Shown here piece by piece: positions 28,272 through 36,566 of a stretch of DNA of 64,000 bases; the stretch's first letter is position 1; each line of letters opens with the position of its first letter. A program made the position numbers and the translations under genes. Below the pieces are notes generated by a model. The model had not been told where the DNA came from and ran no database searches. It saw nothing but the letters and a program-made list of their open reading frames with translations. Location: the NCBI GenBank assembly GCA_017552615.1, contig JAFZPI010000019.1:3966-67965 (forward strand). The letters are read 5' to 3'. The stretch is from Clostridia bacterium. Its GTDB lineage: Bacteria > Bacillota > Clostridia > Christensenellales > Aristaeellaceae.

Positions 28272-28300
28272 ATTATAAAGCATATAGGTCGCTTTGTAAA
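28272..28300 (-). promoter_or_regulatory. sigma-A promoter of the redoxin gene
   Basis: Reverse strand reads TTTACA, 17 nt, TATAAT. Bracketed by the 7-bp inverted repeat TTCCGTT/AACGGAA (28262-28268 and 28299-28305). Confidence 0.6.
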
Positions 28301-28494
28301 CGGAAGATATGAATTCGGCGATTTCACAAAACATGTGAAAAGCATGGAAACTGGCCGGATTTCTCAAACATGACAAAAAACTGACAATTCAGACGCAATT
28401 GGTGTCATTTCGTGCAGATACCCTTTACAGGAAGGGACAAATTGCCTATGATACGCATGCAGCGATCAAAAAGACGCCGCAGGGAGGAAATACC

Positions 28495-29241
28495 ATGATT
28501 CAACTGACCAATGTCACCAAAGTATACGGCAAGAGCGCCCACCCGTCGGTGGACCGCCTGAATCTCAGCGTACCTGAAGGCTGCGTGTACGGCTTCCTCG
28601 GTCCGAACGGTGCTGGCAAGACCACCACCATCCGCATGATTACCGGCGCGCTGAAACTGACCGAAGGCACCATCACTGTCGGCGGCGTGGACATTACCCG
28701 AGACCCCATCGGCGCGAAGATGCAGATCGGTTTCGTCCCGGACAGCCAGGATATGTATGACAAGCTGACGGGCTGGGAATACCTGAACTTCATGGCAGAC
28801 ATCTTCGGCGTGGATGCCAAGACCCGCAAGGAGCGCGCGGATCGCTATCTCGAGACCTTCGAGCTGACGAAGGCGGCCGGCGACCGCATCCAGAGTTATT
28901 CCCGCGGCATGAAACAGAAGATCTCCGTCATCGGCGCGCTGATCCACGAGCCCCCGGTGTGGATCCTCGATGAGCCCATGGTCGGCCTCGATCCCCGCGC
29001 TGCCTTCATCCTTAAGGAAGAAATGAAGGCCCGTGCACAGGCCGGCGCAACGGTCTTCTTCTCAACGCACGTGCTGGAAGTCGCGGAGAAACTCTGTGAC
29101 CGGGTGGGCATTATCAGCAAGGGCCGTCTCCTCGCCGAGGGGACTCCGGAGGATCTGCTGAATCGTACCGGCGACCACTCCCTTGAGGAAGTCTTCCTTG
29201 AAATGACGGAGAAGGACGCCGAGGCGACGGACGAGAAATGA
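28495..29241 (+). CDS. ABC transporter ATP-binding protein
   Basis: Walker A GPNGAGKTT, signature YSRGMKQK, Walker B VWILDEP. The start is moved to the ATG at 28495, preceded by GGGAGG. Confidence 0.92.
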   Translation: MIQLTNVTKVYGKSAHPSVDRLNLSVPEGCVYGFLGPNGAGKTTTIRMITGALKLTEGTITVGGVDITRDPIGAKMQIGFVPDSQDMYDKLTGWEYLNFMADIFGVDAKTRKERADRYLETFELTKAAGDRIQSYSRGMKQKISVIGALIHEPPVWILDEPMVGLDPRAAFILKEEMKARAQAGATVFFSTHVLEVAEKLCDRVGIISKGRLLAEGTPEDLLNRTGDHSLEEVFLEMTEKDAEATDEK

Positions 29242-29254
29242 GGGTGAACTCCCG

Positions 29255-30895
29255 ATGAAGAACTATTGGATCCTGACACGACTGATGCTGAAGAACACGC
29301 TTGCGTCCATGAATCCCATGGCGCAGGGCGAGGATGACGGCAAGAAAAAGGGCGGCAAGGGCCGCGCATTGCTCTTGATCATCCTGATGCTCTACGGTGT
29401 CGGCTTCATGATCTGGTTCGAGATCCAGATCTATAACGCAACGGCGGCGATGCAGAACCCGCTCCTGCTCCCGGGCCTGGCCATCCTCCTGGGTATGATG
29501 CTCACATTGGTCCTTGGTCTCTTCCAGGGACTCTCTGAGCTCTACCAGGGCAAGGACGCGCCTTTCCTGGCGGTGTTGCCTGTGACCTCACGGCAGGCCT
29601 TCGCGGCCCGGTTGACCTCGCTCTATGTCTCTGAGACCGCCATCAACGCCATGATTCTGTTCCCGGCCTTTATCCTGTATGCGATCAAGTCGGGTAAGGC
29701 GTTGCCCACGGTTCTCACGGCGATCCCGGTATGGCTCCTGCTCGCGATCATCCCGCTGAGCATCGTGGCCCTGCTGTCGGCTTTGCTGATGCGGCTTGCC
29801 TTCTTCTCCCGTCACCGGGAGACCGTGGTGATGATCCTCTCTTTCGGCATTGCCATCGGCTATTCGATCTTCATCACCCGCTTCAACAGCCGGTCGAATG
29901 AGGATCCCAACGCGTACTTCAACGCCTTCCTGAACAACGGCCTGGTGGACAACTTTGCCCGGATCTTCCCGCCGGCCGGATGGGCTGCCAAGGCCTTTGC
30001 GGGCAATGTCGGGATGCTGCTGCTCCTACTGGGCGTTTCCGCGGCTTGTGCGGCAGCGGTGATCGCTCTGGTAGGTCCAAGCTACATCGAGCAGGCTCTC
30101 TCCACCGGCGAATCGACCGTCACCGCCAAGAGCAGCAAGAGTGACGCCGACATGCGGACCGGCACTCTCTTCCGCGCCCTGCACCGTCTCGAGTGGCGCC
30201 GCGTCCTGCGGACACCCGCCTGGCTCTTCAACGGTCTGGCCGGTGTGGTCATGTACCCATTGATGCTCGGCATCGGTGTGATCTCGGGCTTCTCCAGTGC
30301 ACCGGAGGGATCACAGCTCCCGGATCTGATGAAGATTATCCCGAGCCCCTGCTACATCATTTGCTTCGGCGGTCTGCTGATGGCCATGGGTTCCATGGTG
30401 AACCCAGTGGTTTCCACCGCTGTTTCCCGCGAAGGCGGCTGCTGGCCCTTCGCCCTTGCCCTTCCTGTCCGGCAGCAGGATCGTTTCACGGCCAAACTCA
30501 TCGTGGGTATTGAAATCAGCACGCTCTGCTCGACCCTCATCGCAATTGTGGCTTGGGTCTTGACCCGGGTGAATCCGCTGATCCTGCTATGTGCGCTTGT
30601 GTTCACTTTGATGATCAACATTGCCGTGTCCGCCGTTTCCCTCTGGCACGACGCCACGCACCCACATTTCCGCTGGGCTAATGAAACGGAAGCCATCAAG
30701 AAGAACTTCAACCAGGTCTTCGGGATGCTCTACTGGCTCGCGGCGATTGCCCTGTGCTGCATTCCACTGTTCTTCTGGCTCGACAAGCCTGTTCTTCTGA
30801 TGGCGGCCATGATCGCTATTGCCGCCGCCGAGATGGCGCTGGGCCTCTGGCTCCTCTACCGCACGGCGAATCGGATGAATATGATGGAAGAATAA
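29255..30895 (+). CDS. multi-pass ABC exporter permease (putative ABC-exporter family)
   Basis: 546 aa and strongly hydrophobic, with roughly 12 predicted TM stretches by eye. Starts 13 nt after the ATPase gene. Confidence 0.7.
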   Translation: MKNYWILTRLMLKNTLASMNPMAQGEDDGKKKGGKGRALLLIILMLYGVGFMIWFEIQIYNATAAMQNPLLLPGLAILLGMMLTLVLGLFQGLSELYQGKDAPFLAVLPVTSRQAFAARLTSLYVSETAINAMILFPAFILYAIKSGKALPTVLTAIPVWLLLAIIPLSIVALLSALLMRLAFFSRHRETVVMILSFGIAIGYSIFITRFNSRSNEDPNAYFNAFLNNGLVDNFARIFPPAGWAAKAFAGNVGMLLLLLGVSAACAAAVIALVGPSYIEQALSTGESTVTAKSSKSDADMRTGTLFRALHRLEWRRVLRTPAWLFNGLAGVVMYPLMLGIGVISGFSSAPEGSQLPDLMKIIPSPCYIICFGGLLMAMGSMVNPVVSTAVSREGGCWPFALALPVRQQDRFTAKLIVGIEISTLCSTLIAIVAWVLTRVNPLILLCALVFTLMINIAVSAVSLWHDATHPHFRWANETEAIKKNFNQVFGMLYWLAAIALCCIPLFFWLDKPVLLMAAMIAIAAAEMALGLWLLYRTANRMNMMEE

Positions 30896-30902
30896 ACAAA
30901 TA

Positions 30903-30950
30903 TGCCCGGGTCAACACATGATTGACGTGCTGCCCGGGTCATTTTGTTTT
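30903..30950 (+). terminator. hairpin plus T-run after the ABC permease
   Basis: Two copies of TGCCCGGGTCA (30903-30913 and 30931-30941) can pair through the palindromic CCCGGG core. They are followed by TTTTGTTTT. Confidence 0.5.
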
Positions 30951-30980
30951 GCAGTACTTTGGTGGTGTCGGGATGAACTT

Positions 30981-31733
30981 TTACAGCCCCTGCTCATTCA
31001 GCAGATCATCCATATCATACAACCCTGGTTTCTTCCCCTGCAGGAAGGCGGCGGCGCGCAGTGCGCCTGCAGCGAAGACCGCACGGCTCTCGGCGCTGTG
31101 GCTGAGCGTGATGCGTTCCATCTCACCGAGAAAACAGACCTGGTGTTCACCGGTGACCGTACCACCGCGGAGGGCATGGATCCCAATCTCACCCTTCTCG
31201 CGGGGACAGTTTCGTCCTTCCCGGCCGAAGACCGCGGGGGAGGTTTCTCCTCTTGCGTTCTTGACGGCGTCATAGAGCATCAGGGCGGTGCCGCTCGGAG
31301 CGTCCTTCTTGCGACGATGGTGGGCTTCGACGATTTCGATGTCGAAGTTCTCGCCGAGGGCTGCGGCAGCTTCCCGGGCCAGCTTCCGGAGCAACGCGAT
31401 GCCGACGCTCATGTTGGCGGAGCGGAAGATGGCGATTTGCTTCGCAGCATTATCAATTTCCGCAAGCTGATCTTCTGTATAACCTGTTGTGGCCAAAACA
31501 CAGGGAACACCGTTTTGAACAGCCCAGGGAAGCAGGCTGTTCAGGGCGGCAGGGGCAGAGAAGTCAATGATCGCGTCCCCTGGTTCAGGGAGCGATGTGA
31601 AAACGCGATAGGTGTCAATCCCGAAGGCTTCGCGCTGATCAATCCCGCCGAGAATTTCGATGCCCTGTTCCCTGGCAAGCTGGGCGACGGCCTGACCCAT
31701 ATGGCCTGCCGCGCCGCTGATCCAGATCTTCAC
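30981..31733 (-). CDS. dapB: 4-hydroxy-tetrahydrodipicolinate reductase
   Basis: (V)KIWISGAAGHMG NAD(P)-binding N-terminus and EAHHRRKKDAPSGTA motif. GTG start 3 nt after the dapA stop. Confidence 0.92.
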   Translation of the reverse strand: MKIWISGAAGHMGQAVAQLAREQGIEILGGIDQREAFGIDTYRVFTSLPEPGDAIIDFSAPAALNSLLPWAVQNGVPCVLATTGYTEDQLAEIDNAAKQIAIFRSANMSVGIALLRKLAREAAAALGENFDIEIVEAHHRRKKDAPSGTALMLYDAVKNARGETSPAVFGREGRNCPREKGEIGIHALRGGTVTGEHQVCFLGEMERITLSHSAESRAVFAAGALRAAAFLQGKKPGLYDMDDLLNEQGL

Positions 31734-31736
31734 GGT

Positions 31737-32621
31737 TCAGGCCCCCAATCCGAGCTCGTCCATGATCGTGAAGAGCTTTGCGCGGTTGGCGGGCTGCATG
31801 GGAACCAAGGGGAGGCGCAGTTCCTCGTCGCAGATGCCGAGCCTTGCGGCAGCGGCCTTGACGGGAATCGGGCTAGTCTCGCAGAAGAGCGCATTGATCA
31901 GAGGGAGCATCTTCATCTGCAGGGCTGCGGCTTCGGCAAAATTGCTTTCCAAAGCGGCGTGTGCCATGCGGACTGTCTCTTTCGGCGCGATGTTGGAGAG
32001 GACCGAAATCACGCCCTTGAAGCCGCAGGCCATCGTGGGCACGATGATGTCATCGTTGCCGGAATAGAAGACGGCGTTGTCGCGGACGAGGCGCAGTTTT
32101 TCGAGGGACTGACCGACGTCGCTGGACGCTTCCTTCACGGCGACGACCTTGGGATGGGCGCAGATCTGCTGCAAGGCCCAGGGCCCGATGTTGATCCCGG
32201 TGCGGGAAGGTACGTTGTAGACGATGACAGGCAGCGTTGCGGCGTCAGCAACGGCATTAAAGTGGGCCACCAAACCTTCCTGGCTGGTCTTGTTATAGTA
32301 GGGTGTGACCACCAGCTGGGCGTCAGCGCCGAATTCCTGCGACATATGGGCCGCGTGGACGGCCTCAGCCGTGGAGTTGGAGCCGGTGCCCGCGATGACG
32401 GGAACGCGGTGGTTGGCAACGTCGACAACCCGGCGGATCACGTTCAGGTGCTCTTCCCAGGTCATGGTGGCGGGCTCACCGGTGGTGCCGGCGGCGACCA
32501 GCGCGTCAATGCCGGCTTCGATCTGGCTTTCCACCAGGCGGTCCAGGGCAGGATAATCAACTTCCCCTTTGCGGAAGGGGGTAATCAGGGCCGTTGCGCA
32601 GCCGGTAAAGAGCGGATTCAT
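31737..32621 (-). CDS. dapA: 4-hydroxy-tetrahydrodipicolinate synthase
   Basis: TALITPF, GTTGE, YNVPSRTG and VAVKEAS (Schiff-base Lys) motifs. AAGGAG lies upstream. Confidence 0.93.
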   Translation of the reverse strand: MNPLFTGCATALITPFRKGEVDYPALDRLVESQIEAGIDALVAAGTTGEPATMTWEEHLNVIRRVVDVANHRVPVIAGTGSNSTAEAVHAAHMSQEFGADAQLVVTPYYNKTSQEGLVAHFNAVADAATLPVIVYNVPSRTGINIGPWALQQICAHPKVVAVKEASSDVGQSLEKLRLVRDNAVFYSGNDDIIVPTMACGFKGVISVLSNIAPKETVRMAHAALESNFAEAAALQMKMLPLINALFCETSPIPVKAAAARLGICDEELRLPLVPMQPANRAKLFTIMDELGLGA

Positions 32622-32671
32622 AATAAGGCTCCTTTTTGCTTGGTCAGAAGAGGAAGTCGCATCCGTTAATC

Positions 32672-33745
32672 TCAGATATAGCCCTTCGCGCAGAGGAGCT
32701 CCGCGGTCAGGATCGCGCCGCCGGCCGCGCCGCGGACGGTGTTGTGGCTCAGGCAGACAAAGCGGTAATCGAGGATCGGATCTTCGCGCAGGCGGCCGAT
32801 CGAGATGCCGAATCCGCGCTCGAAGTCGCGGTCCAGGCGGGTCTGCGGACGGGTCAGGTCGTCGAAATACTGCAGGAAGGGCTTCGGTGCGCTGGGCAGG
32901 GACAGGCGCTGGGCTTCGGTTTCGTAGTCAGACCAACGGGCTTTGATCTCGTCTTCCGAGGGTTTGCTCTTAAAGCGCACTGAGACTGCCGCCATGTGGC
33001 CGTCGGAACAGGCCACGCGGAGGCACTGGGCAGAGATGACTGGCTTGGCCGCATTGACGATCACGCCGTTTTCTACCTTCCCCCAGATCTTCATGGGCTC
33101 GGTCTCGCTTTTCTCTTCCTCGCCGCCGATATAGGGGATCACGTTGTCCACCATCTCGGGCCAGGTCCTGAAAGTTTTGCCTGCACCGGAAATGGCCTGG
33201 TAGGTGCAAACCATCACTTCGGTCGGCTCGAAGTCGAGCAACGGCGTCAGCGCGGGCACGTAGGACTGGATCGAGCAGTTGGGCTTCACCGCGATAAAGC
33301 CGCGCTTTGTGCCAAGGCGCTTCCGCTGGGTTGGGATGACCTCGATGTGTGCCGCGTTGATCTCCGGGATCACCATGGGCACGTCCTCGAGCTTCCGGCA
33401 GGCGCTGTTATTTGAGACCACCGGCACTTCGTGGCGGGCATATTCCTCTTCCATGGCACGGGTGGCAGCCTTGTCCATGTTCACAGCACAGAAGACAAAG
33501 TCGACTTTCGCGGCGACGGCTTCGACATCGGCGGCGTCCATAACCGTCATATCCGCAACGGTTTCCGGGATGGGCGTGTCAAAAGCCCAGCGGGTGCCTA
33601 CGGCTTCGCGGTAAGGTTTGCCTGCGGAGGAAGCGGAAGCCGCCAGTGCGACGATCTCAAACCAGGGGTGATTCTGTAGAAGCAGGATAAAGCGCTGTCC
33701 GACCATGCCGGTTGCGCCGACAATACCTACACGATAGTTCTTCAT
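32672..33745 (-). CDS. asd: aspartate-semialdehyde dehydrogenase
   Basis: VGIVGATGMVGQ N-terminus, active-site region KPNCSIQ and the C-terminal LSHNTVRGAAGG motif. Confidence 0.92.
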   Translation of the reverse strand: MKNYRVGIVGATGMVGQRFILLLQNHPWFEIVALAASASSAGKPYREAVGTRWAFDTPIPETVADMTVMDAADVEAVAAKVDFVFCAVNMDKAATRAMEEEYARHEVPVVSNNSACRKLEDVPMVIPEINAAHIEVIPTQRKRLGTKRGFIAVKPNCSIQSYVPALTPLLDFEPTEVMVCTYQAISGAGKTFRTWPEMVDNVIPYIGGEEEKSETEPMKIWGKVENGVIVNAAKPVISAQCLRVACSDGHMAAVSVRFKSKPSEDEIKARWSDYETEAQRLSLPSAPKPFLQYFDDLTRPQTRLDRDFERGFGISIGRLREDPILDYRFVCLSHNTVRGAAGGAILTAELLCAKGYI

Positions 33746-33810
33746 GGTGATTCCATCCTTTCCGATCCTTCGGGTTTAGATTGCAGGCGCAGCCTGAAAT
33801 CTTGTCATAT

Positions 33811-33839
33811 CTTATATCATGCGAGAGATGGCCTGTCAA
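33811..33839 (-). promoter_or_regulatory. sigma-A promoter of asd-dapA-dapB
   Basis: Reverse strand reads TTGACA, 17 nt, TATAAG, about 65 nt upstream of the asd ATG. Confidence 0.6.
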
Positions 33840-33866
33840 CGCCGGAATATGATTTGATCCGTTCTT

Positions 33867-34946
33867 TTATTGCTTTTCCGGTTCACGCTCCACGGATTTG
33901 ACGTCGGTTCCCTCTCCGGTCACAATGGTGAGTGTGTACAGACGGGTAAGGTTGGCGTCTTTAGCTGCTTTGCTTTTCGAGAGGGCGAGGACAGCCCGCA
34001 TTTCGGATGCGAGATCCCGTTCATTCTCAAGGGCACGCTGTTCCATGGCTTCCATATCAGCTTTGTAAACCGCAACAGTGTAGGTGATCTCCGGATTCCC
34101 GAACTGCGGGACGGCTTTTTCGACGATGGTCACCGTTGCGTCGGAATCCAGTGTATCGTCATGGGCCAGGGCGATCTCCCGCATGTCCAGATTATGGACA
34201 TAGCGCTCCCAGGGTGTGTAATTGGCGCTCAGGGAGTTGGTATTGTAGTCATAGATGTAATACCCGAAAGTGATACCAATGCCGACAAGCGTCAGGATCA
34301 CGGTGACGATCACATTCTTCCGGGTAAAGGTCAGCTGGCTGGTGTCGCTTTTCACATAGCCGAGTTGACGGATGGGCGGGATCAGATAGCGGAAGAAGAA
34401 GGCGAGGATCACCGCGTCGATGGGGAAGGTGACGATGTTCTTGATGAAGCGCGGGACGTTCAGCCACAGGTACGGTGTACCCTTGATGGCATAATACCAC
34501 ATCGTGATCGGTGTTGAAATCAAAACGTTCACGACGAAACAGATCACAAACCGCGAGAGGAGCAAACGCCAGACGTTCACACGGGTCCTGTAGAGGAACA
34601 GGGCAAAGACGACAGCCGCGAGAATCTCGGGAATGGCAGCCGGCGGAAAATAGAACTCACCCGGGCTTGTAGACGTGAGAAAGCCGAGCGTATCGGACAG
34701 AAAACCGACGATCGCGGCGACAACCGGTCCGTAGCACATGGAGCCGAAGGCATTGACGATAATGCCGACGATCGGCCACTCGACGGTGCCGAACCGGATG
34801 ACCAGGAATTTGCTGACCACGCGCATCGCGACGATCAGCGCGGCCAGGACCAGGGTTCGGACCGATTTGAATTCTTTGACTGCGTCCTGCCAGTAGGCTT
34901 TGCTGAACGGATGGGCATAGAGCCCGTTGGGAAGTGCATCCTGCAT
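33867..34946 (-). CDS. folate-family ECF transporter S component (FolT-like) with extra TM segments and a ~110 aa C-terminal soluble extension
   Basis: The N-terminal half resembles FolT (VRTLVLAALIVAMRVVSKFL...GSMCYGPVVAAIVGFLSDTLGFL). Sits directly downstream of a THF riboswitch. 359 aa, against the ~170-190 aa I recall as usual for FolT. Confidence 0.7.
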   Translation of the reverse strand: MQDALPNGLYAHPFSKAYWQDAVKEFKSVRTLVLAALIVAMRVVSKFLVIRFGTVEWPIVGIIVNAFGSMCYGPVVAAIVGFLSDTLGFLTSTSPGEFYFPPAAIPEILAAVVFALFLYRTRVNVWRLLLSRFVICFVVNVLISTPITMWYYAIKGTPYLWLNVPRFIKNIVTFPIDAVILAFFFRYLIPPIRQLGYVKSDTSQLTFTRKNVIVTVILTLVGIGITFGYYIYDYNTNSLSANYTPWERYVHNLDMREIALAHDDTLDSDATVTIVEKAVPQFGNPEITYTVAVYKADMEAMEQRALENERDLASEMRAVLALSKSKAAKDANLTRLYTLTIVTGEGTDVKSVEREPEKQ

Positions 34947-35100
34947 TGAAAAACCTCCTTTCAGAGTATGACACTGCTGATAAGGAGGCTTGCTCCGTTT
35001 CTGACCAGCGGGTGCGGGCTTTCAACCGCGGCGTGTGCCTTCGTCCGCCGGGCATCATCCCCGCCCGACGGCACTTCACGCTGGAAGCCCTACTCTGTAC
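34947..35100 (-). promoter_or_regulatory. THF (tetrahydrofolate) riboswitch, aptamer about 35003-35097 plus SD-sequestering platform
   Basis: Reverse strand reads ACAGAGUAGGGCUUCCAGCGUGAAGUGCCGUCGGGCGGGGAUGAUGCCCGGCGGACGAAGGCACACGCCGCGGUUGAAAGCCCGCACCCGCUGG. It shares the GAGUAG, GCGU.AAGUG, GGGAUG, ACGAAG and GCGGU(U)GAA...GCA.CCGCU blocks and the P2/P3 pairings of the Eubacterium siraeum THF aptamer as I recall it. Downstream, GCCUCCUU is complementary to the SD AAGGAGGU. Confidence 0.85.
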
Positions 35101-35105
35101 AGCCG

Positions 35106-35134
35106 CATCATAAGGGAAAAGCGCTTCTTTTGCA
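35106..35134 (-). promoter_or_regulatory. promoter driving the THF riboswitch/folT-like transcript
   Basis: Reverse strand reads TTGCAA, 17 nt, TATGAT. It ends about 8 nt before the first aptamer nucleotides. Confidence 0.55.
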
Positions 35135-35178
35135 AGGGGCAGGATGTATTTTATCTGCTTTTTGCGGTGCTTTGGAGA

Positions 35179-35207
35179 TTGACAATTTTTCTCGCATGGA
35201 GTATATC
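35179..35207 (+). promoter_or_regulatory. promoter of the alpha-oxoamine synthase gene
   Basis: TTGACA, 17 nt, TATATC, about 75 nt upstream of the ATG at 35282. Confidence 0.5.
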
Positions 35208-35281
35208 ATATCTGTCGGCTTTTCATTCCGATTCATTTGCTTGTTTTCATACTATGCCGACGGGAATACAGGAGGGATCGC

Positions 35282-36505
35282 ATGACCAAGATCACCCGAT
35301 TTGAGGATACCCCTGAGTACAAAGCCTTTGCCGAACGGTATCAGGCGACTATCGGAAACGAGGAGAACAATCCCTATTTCATCGTCCACGATTCCCCGCT
35401 GACCGATAAGAGTCTGATGGACGGCCACTGGGTGCTGAACTTCGGCAGTTACAACTACGCGGCCATGTCCGGCCGCCCCGAGGTCAACGAGGCCGCCATC
35501 GACGCGATCCGCAAGTACGGCACCTCCGCTTCCGGCAGCCGTCTGATCGGCGGCGAAAAGCGGCTTACCCTTGAACTTGAGAAGGAGATTGCCGACTGGA
35601 AGCACGCCGAGAGCTGCCTGGTGTTGGTCAGCGGCCACGCCACTAACGTGACCTTTGTTGGCAATTTCGTGGGCCCCAATGACCTGATCCTTTACGACCG
35701 CTATATCCACAACTCCGTGGCCGAGGGCTGCAAGCTCTCCCATGCCACGGCGCGGCCTTTCCCACACAACGATCCGGAAGCGCTCGACCGCATCCTGTCC
35801 ACGCGCCGGGACAAGTTCGAGAAAGTGCTGATCTGCATCGAAGGTGTCTATTCCATGGACGGCGACATCGCGCCCGTTCCGGAGTTCATCAAGGTCAAAG
35901 AGAAGTACGGCTGCTTCCTGATGGTGGATGAGGCCCATTCCACCTGCGTCATCGGTGAGACCGGTGGCGGCGTGGATGAATACTTCGGCCTGAAGGGCGA
36001 CGAGATCGACATCAAGATGGGCACTCTGTCGAAAGGCCTCGGCGGCTGCGGCGGATACCTCTGCGGCAAGCGCAGCCTGATCACATACCTTCGGTATATG
36101 CTGCCGGGCTTCGTCTTCTCCGTCGGATTGTCTCCGGCCATCGGCGGCGCCTGCCTGGAGGCGGTACGCCTGATTCGCCGCGATCCCAGCATCATGGCGA
36201 ACATGCGCCGGAACGTCAAGTGCTTCATGGATGAAGCCGCCAAGCATGGCTTCCAGATGGGTCTGGCCGGCAAGACCGCCATTCTGCCCGTCCTGGTGGG
36301 TTCGGATGAGGACGCCGCGGCCCTGTCTATCCTGATGCGCAAAAAGGGCGTCTTTGTCCCGCCGGCCATGTATCCTGCCGTGCCGAGGGGTGAGGCAAGA
36401 CTCCGCTTCTGCCTGACGGCGGCGCACCAGCCCGAGCAGATCAAAGAAGCGCTCGACAAACTGGAAGAGAGCGCCAAGGAACTCGGCATTAAACTCACCG
36501 CGTAA
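35282..36505 (+). CDS. PLP-dependent alpha-oxoamine synthase family enzyme (BioF/KBL/serine-palmitoyltransferase-like)
   Basis: NFGSYNYAAMS, GSRLIGG, VDEAHS and GTLSKGLGGCGGY (PLP Lys) motifs. The start is moved to the ATG at 35282, preceded by AGGAGGG. Confidence 0.85.
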   Translation: MTKITRFEDTPEYKAFAERYQATIGNEENNPYFIVHDSPLTDKSLMDGHWVLNFGSYNYAAMSGRPEVNEAAIDAIRKYGTSASGSRLIGGEKRLTLELEKEIADWKHAESCLVLVSGHATNVTFVGNFVGPNDLILYDRYIHNSVAEGCKLSHATARPFPHNDPEALDRILSTRRDKFEKVLICIEGVYSMDGDIAPVPEFIKVKEKYGCFLMVDEAHSTCVIGETGGGVDEYFGLKGDEIDIKMGTLSKGLGGCGGYLCGKRSLITYLRYMLPGFVFSVGLSPAIGGACLEAVRLIRRDPSIMANMRRNVKCFMDEAAKHGFQMGLAGKTAILPVLVGSDEDAAALSILMRKKGVFVPPAMYPAVPRGEARLRFCLTAAHQPEQIKEALDKLEESAKELGIKLTA

Positions 36506-36513
36506 ACCATCCC

Positions 36514-36544
36514 GGGAACGGCCGACCAAGCCGTTCCCGCTTTT
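36514..36544 (+). terminator. rho-independent terminator after the oxoamine synthase gene
   Basis: GGGAACGGC cgaccaa GCCGTTCCC gc TTTT. Confidence 0.8.
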
Positions 36545-36566
36545 CTCAGAGAGGACGGAAACAATC

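Noticed and set aside
30903-30941. 11-bp direct repeat TGCCCGGGTCA x2, as a possible attachment or insertion scar
   Set aside because: It lies between convergent gene ends, the palindromic core allows hairpin formation, and a T-run follows. A terminator is the simpler reading.
30918-32669. 583-aa ORF antisense to dapB and dapA
   Set aside because: Both dap genes are unambiguous on the minus strand, so this long plus-strand frame is a GC-rich artefact.
33746-33866. Possible lysine (L-box) riboswitch upstream of asd-dapA-dapB
   Set aside because: Only 121 nt separate the genes, and about 60 nt remain after the promoter. That is too short for an L-box (about 170-180 nt as I recall), and I could not see its conserved helices.
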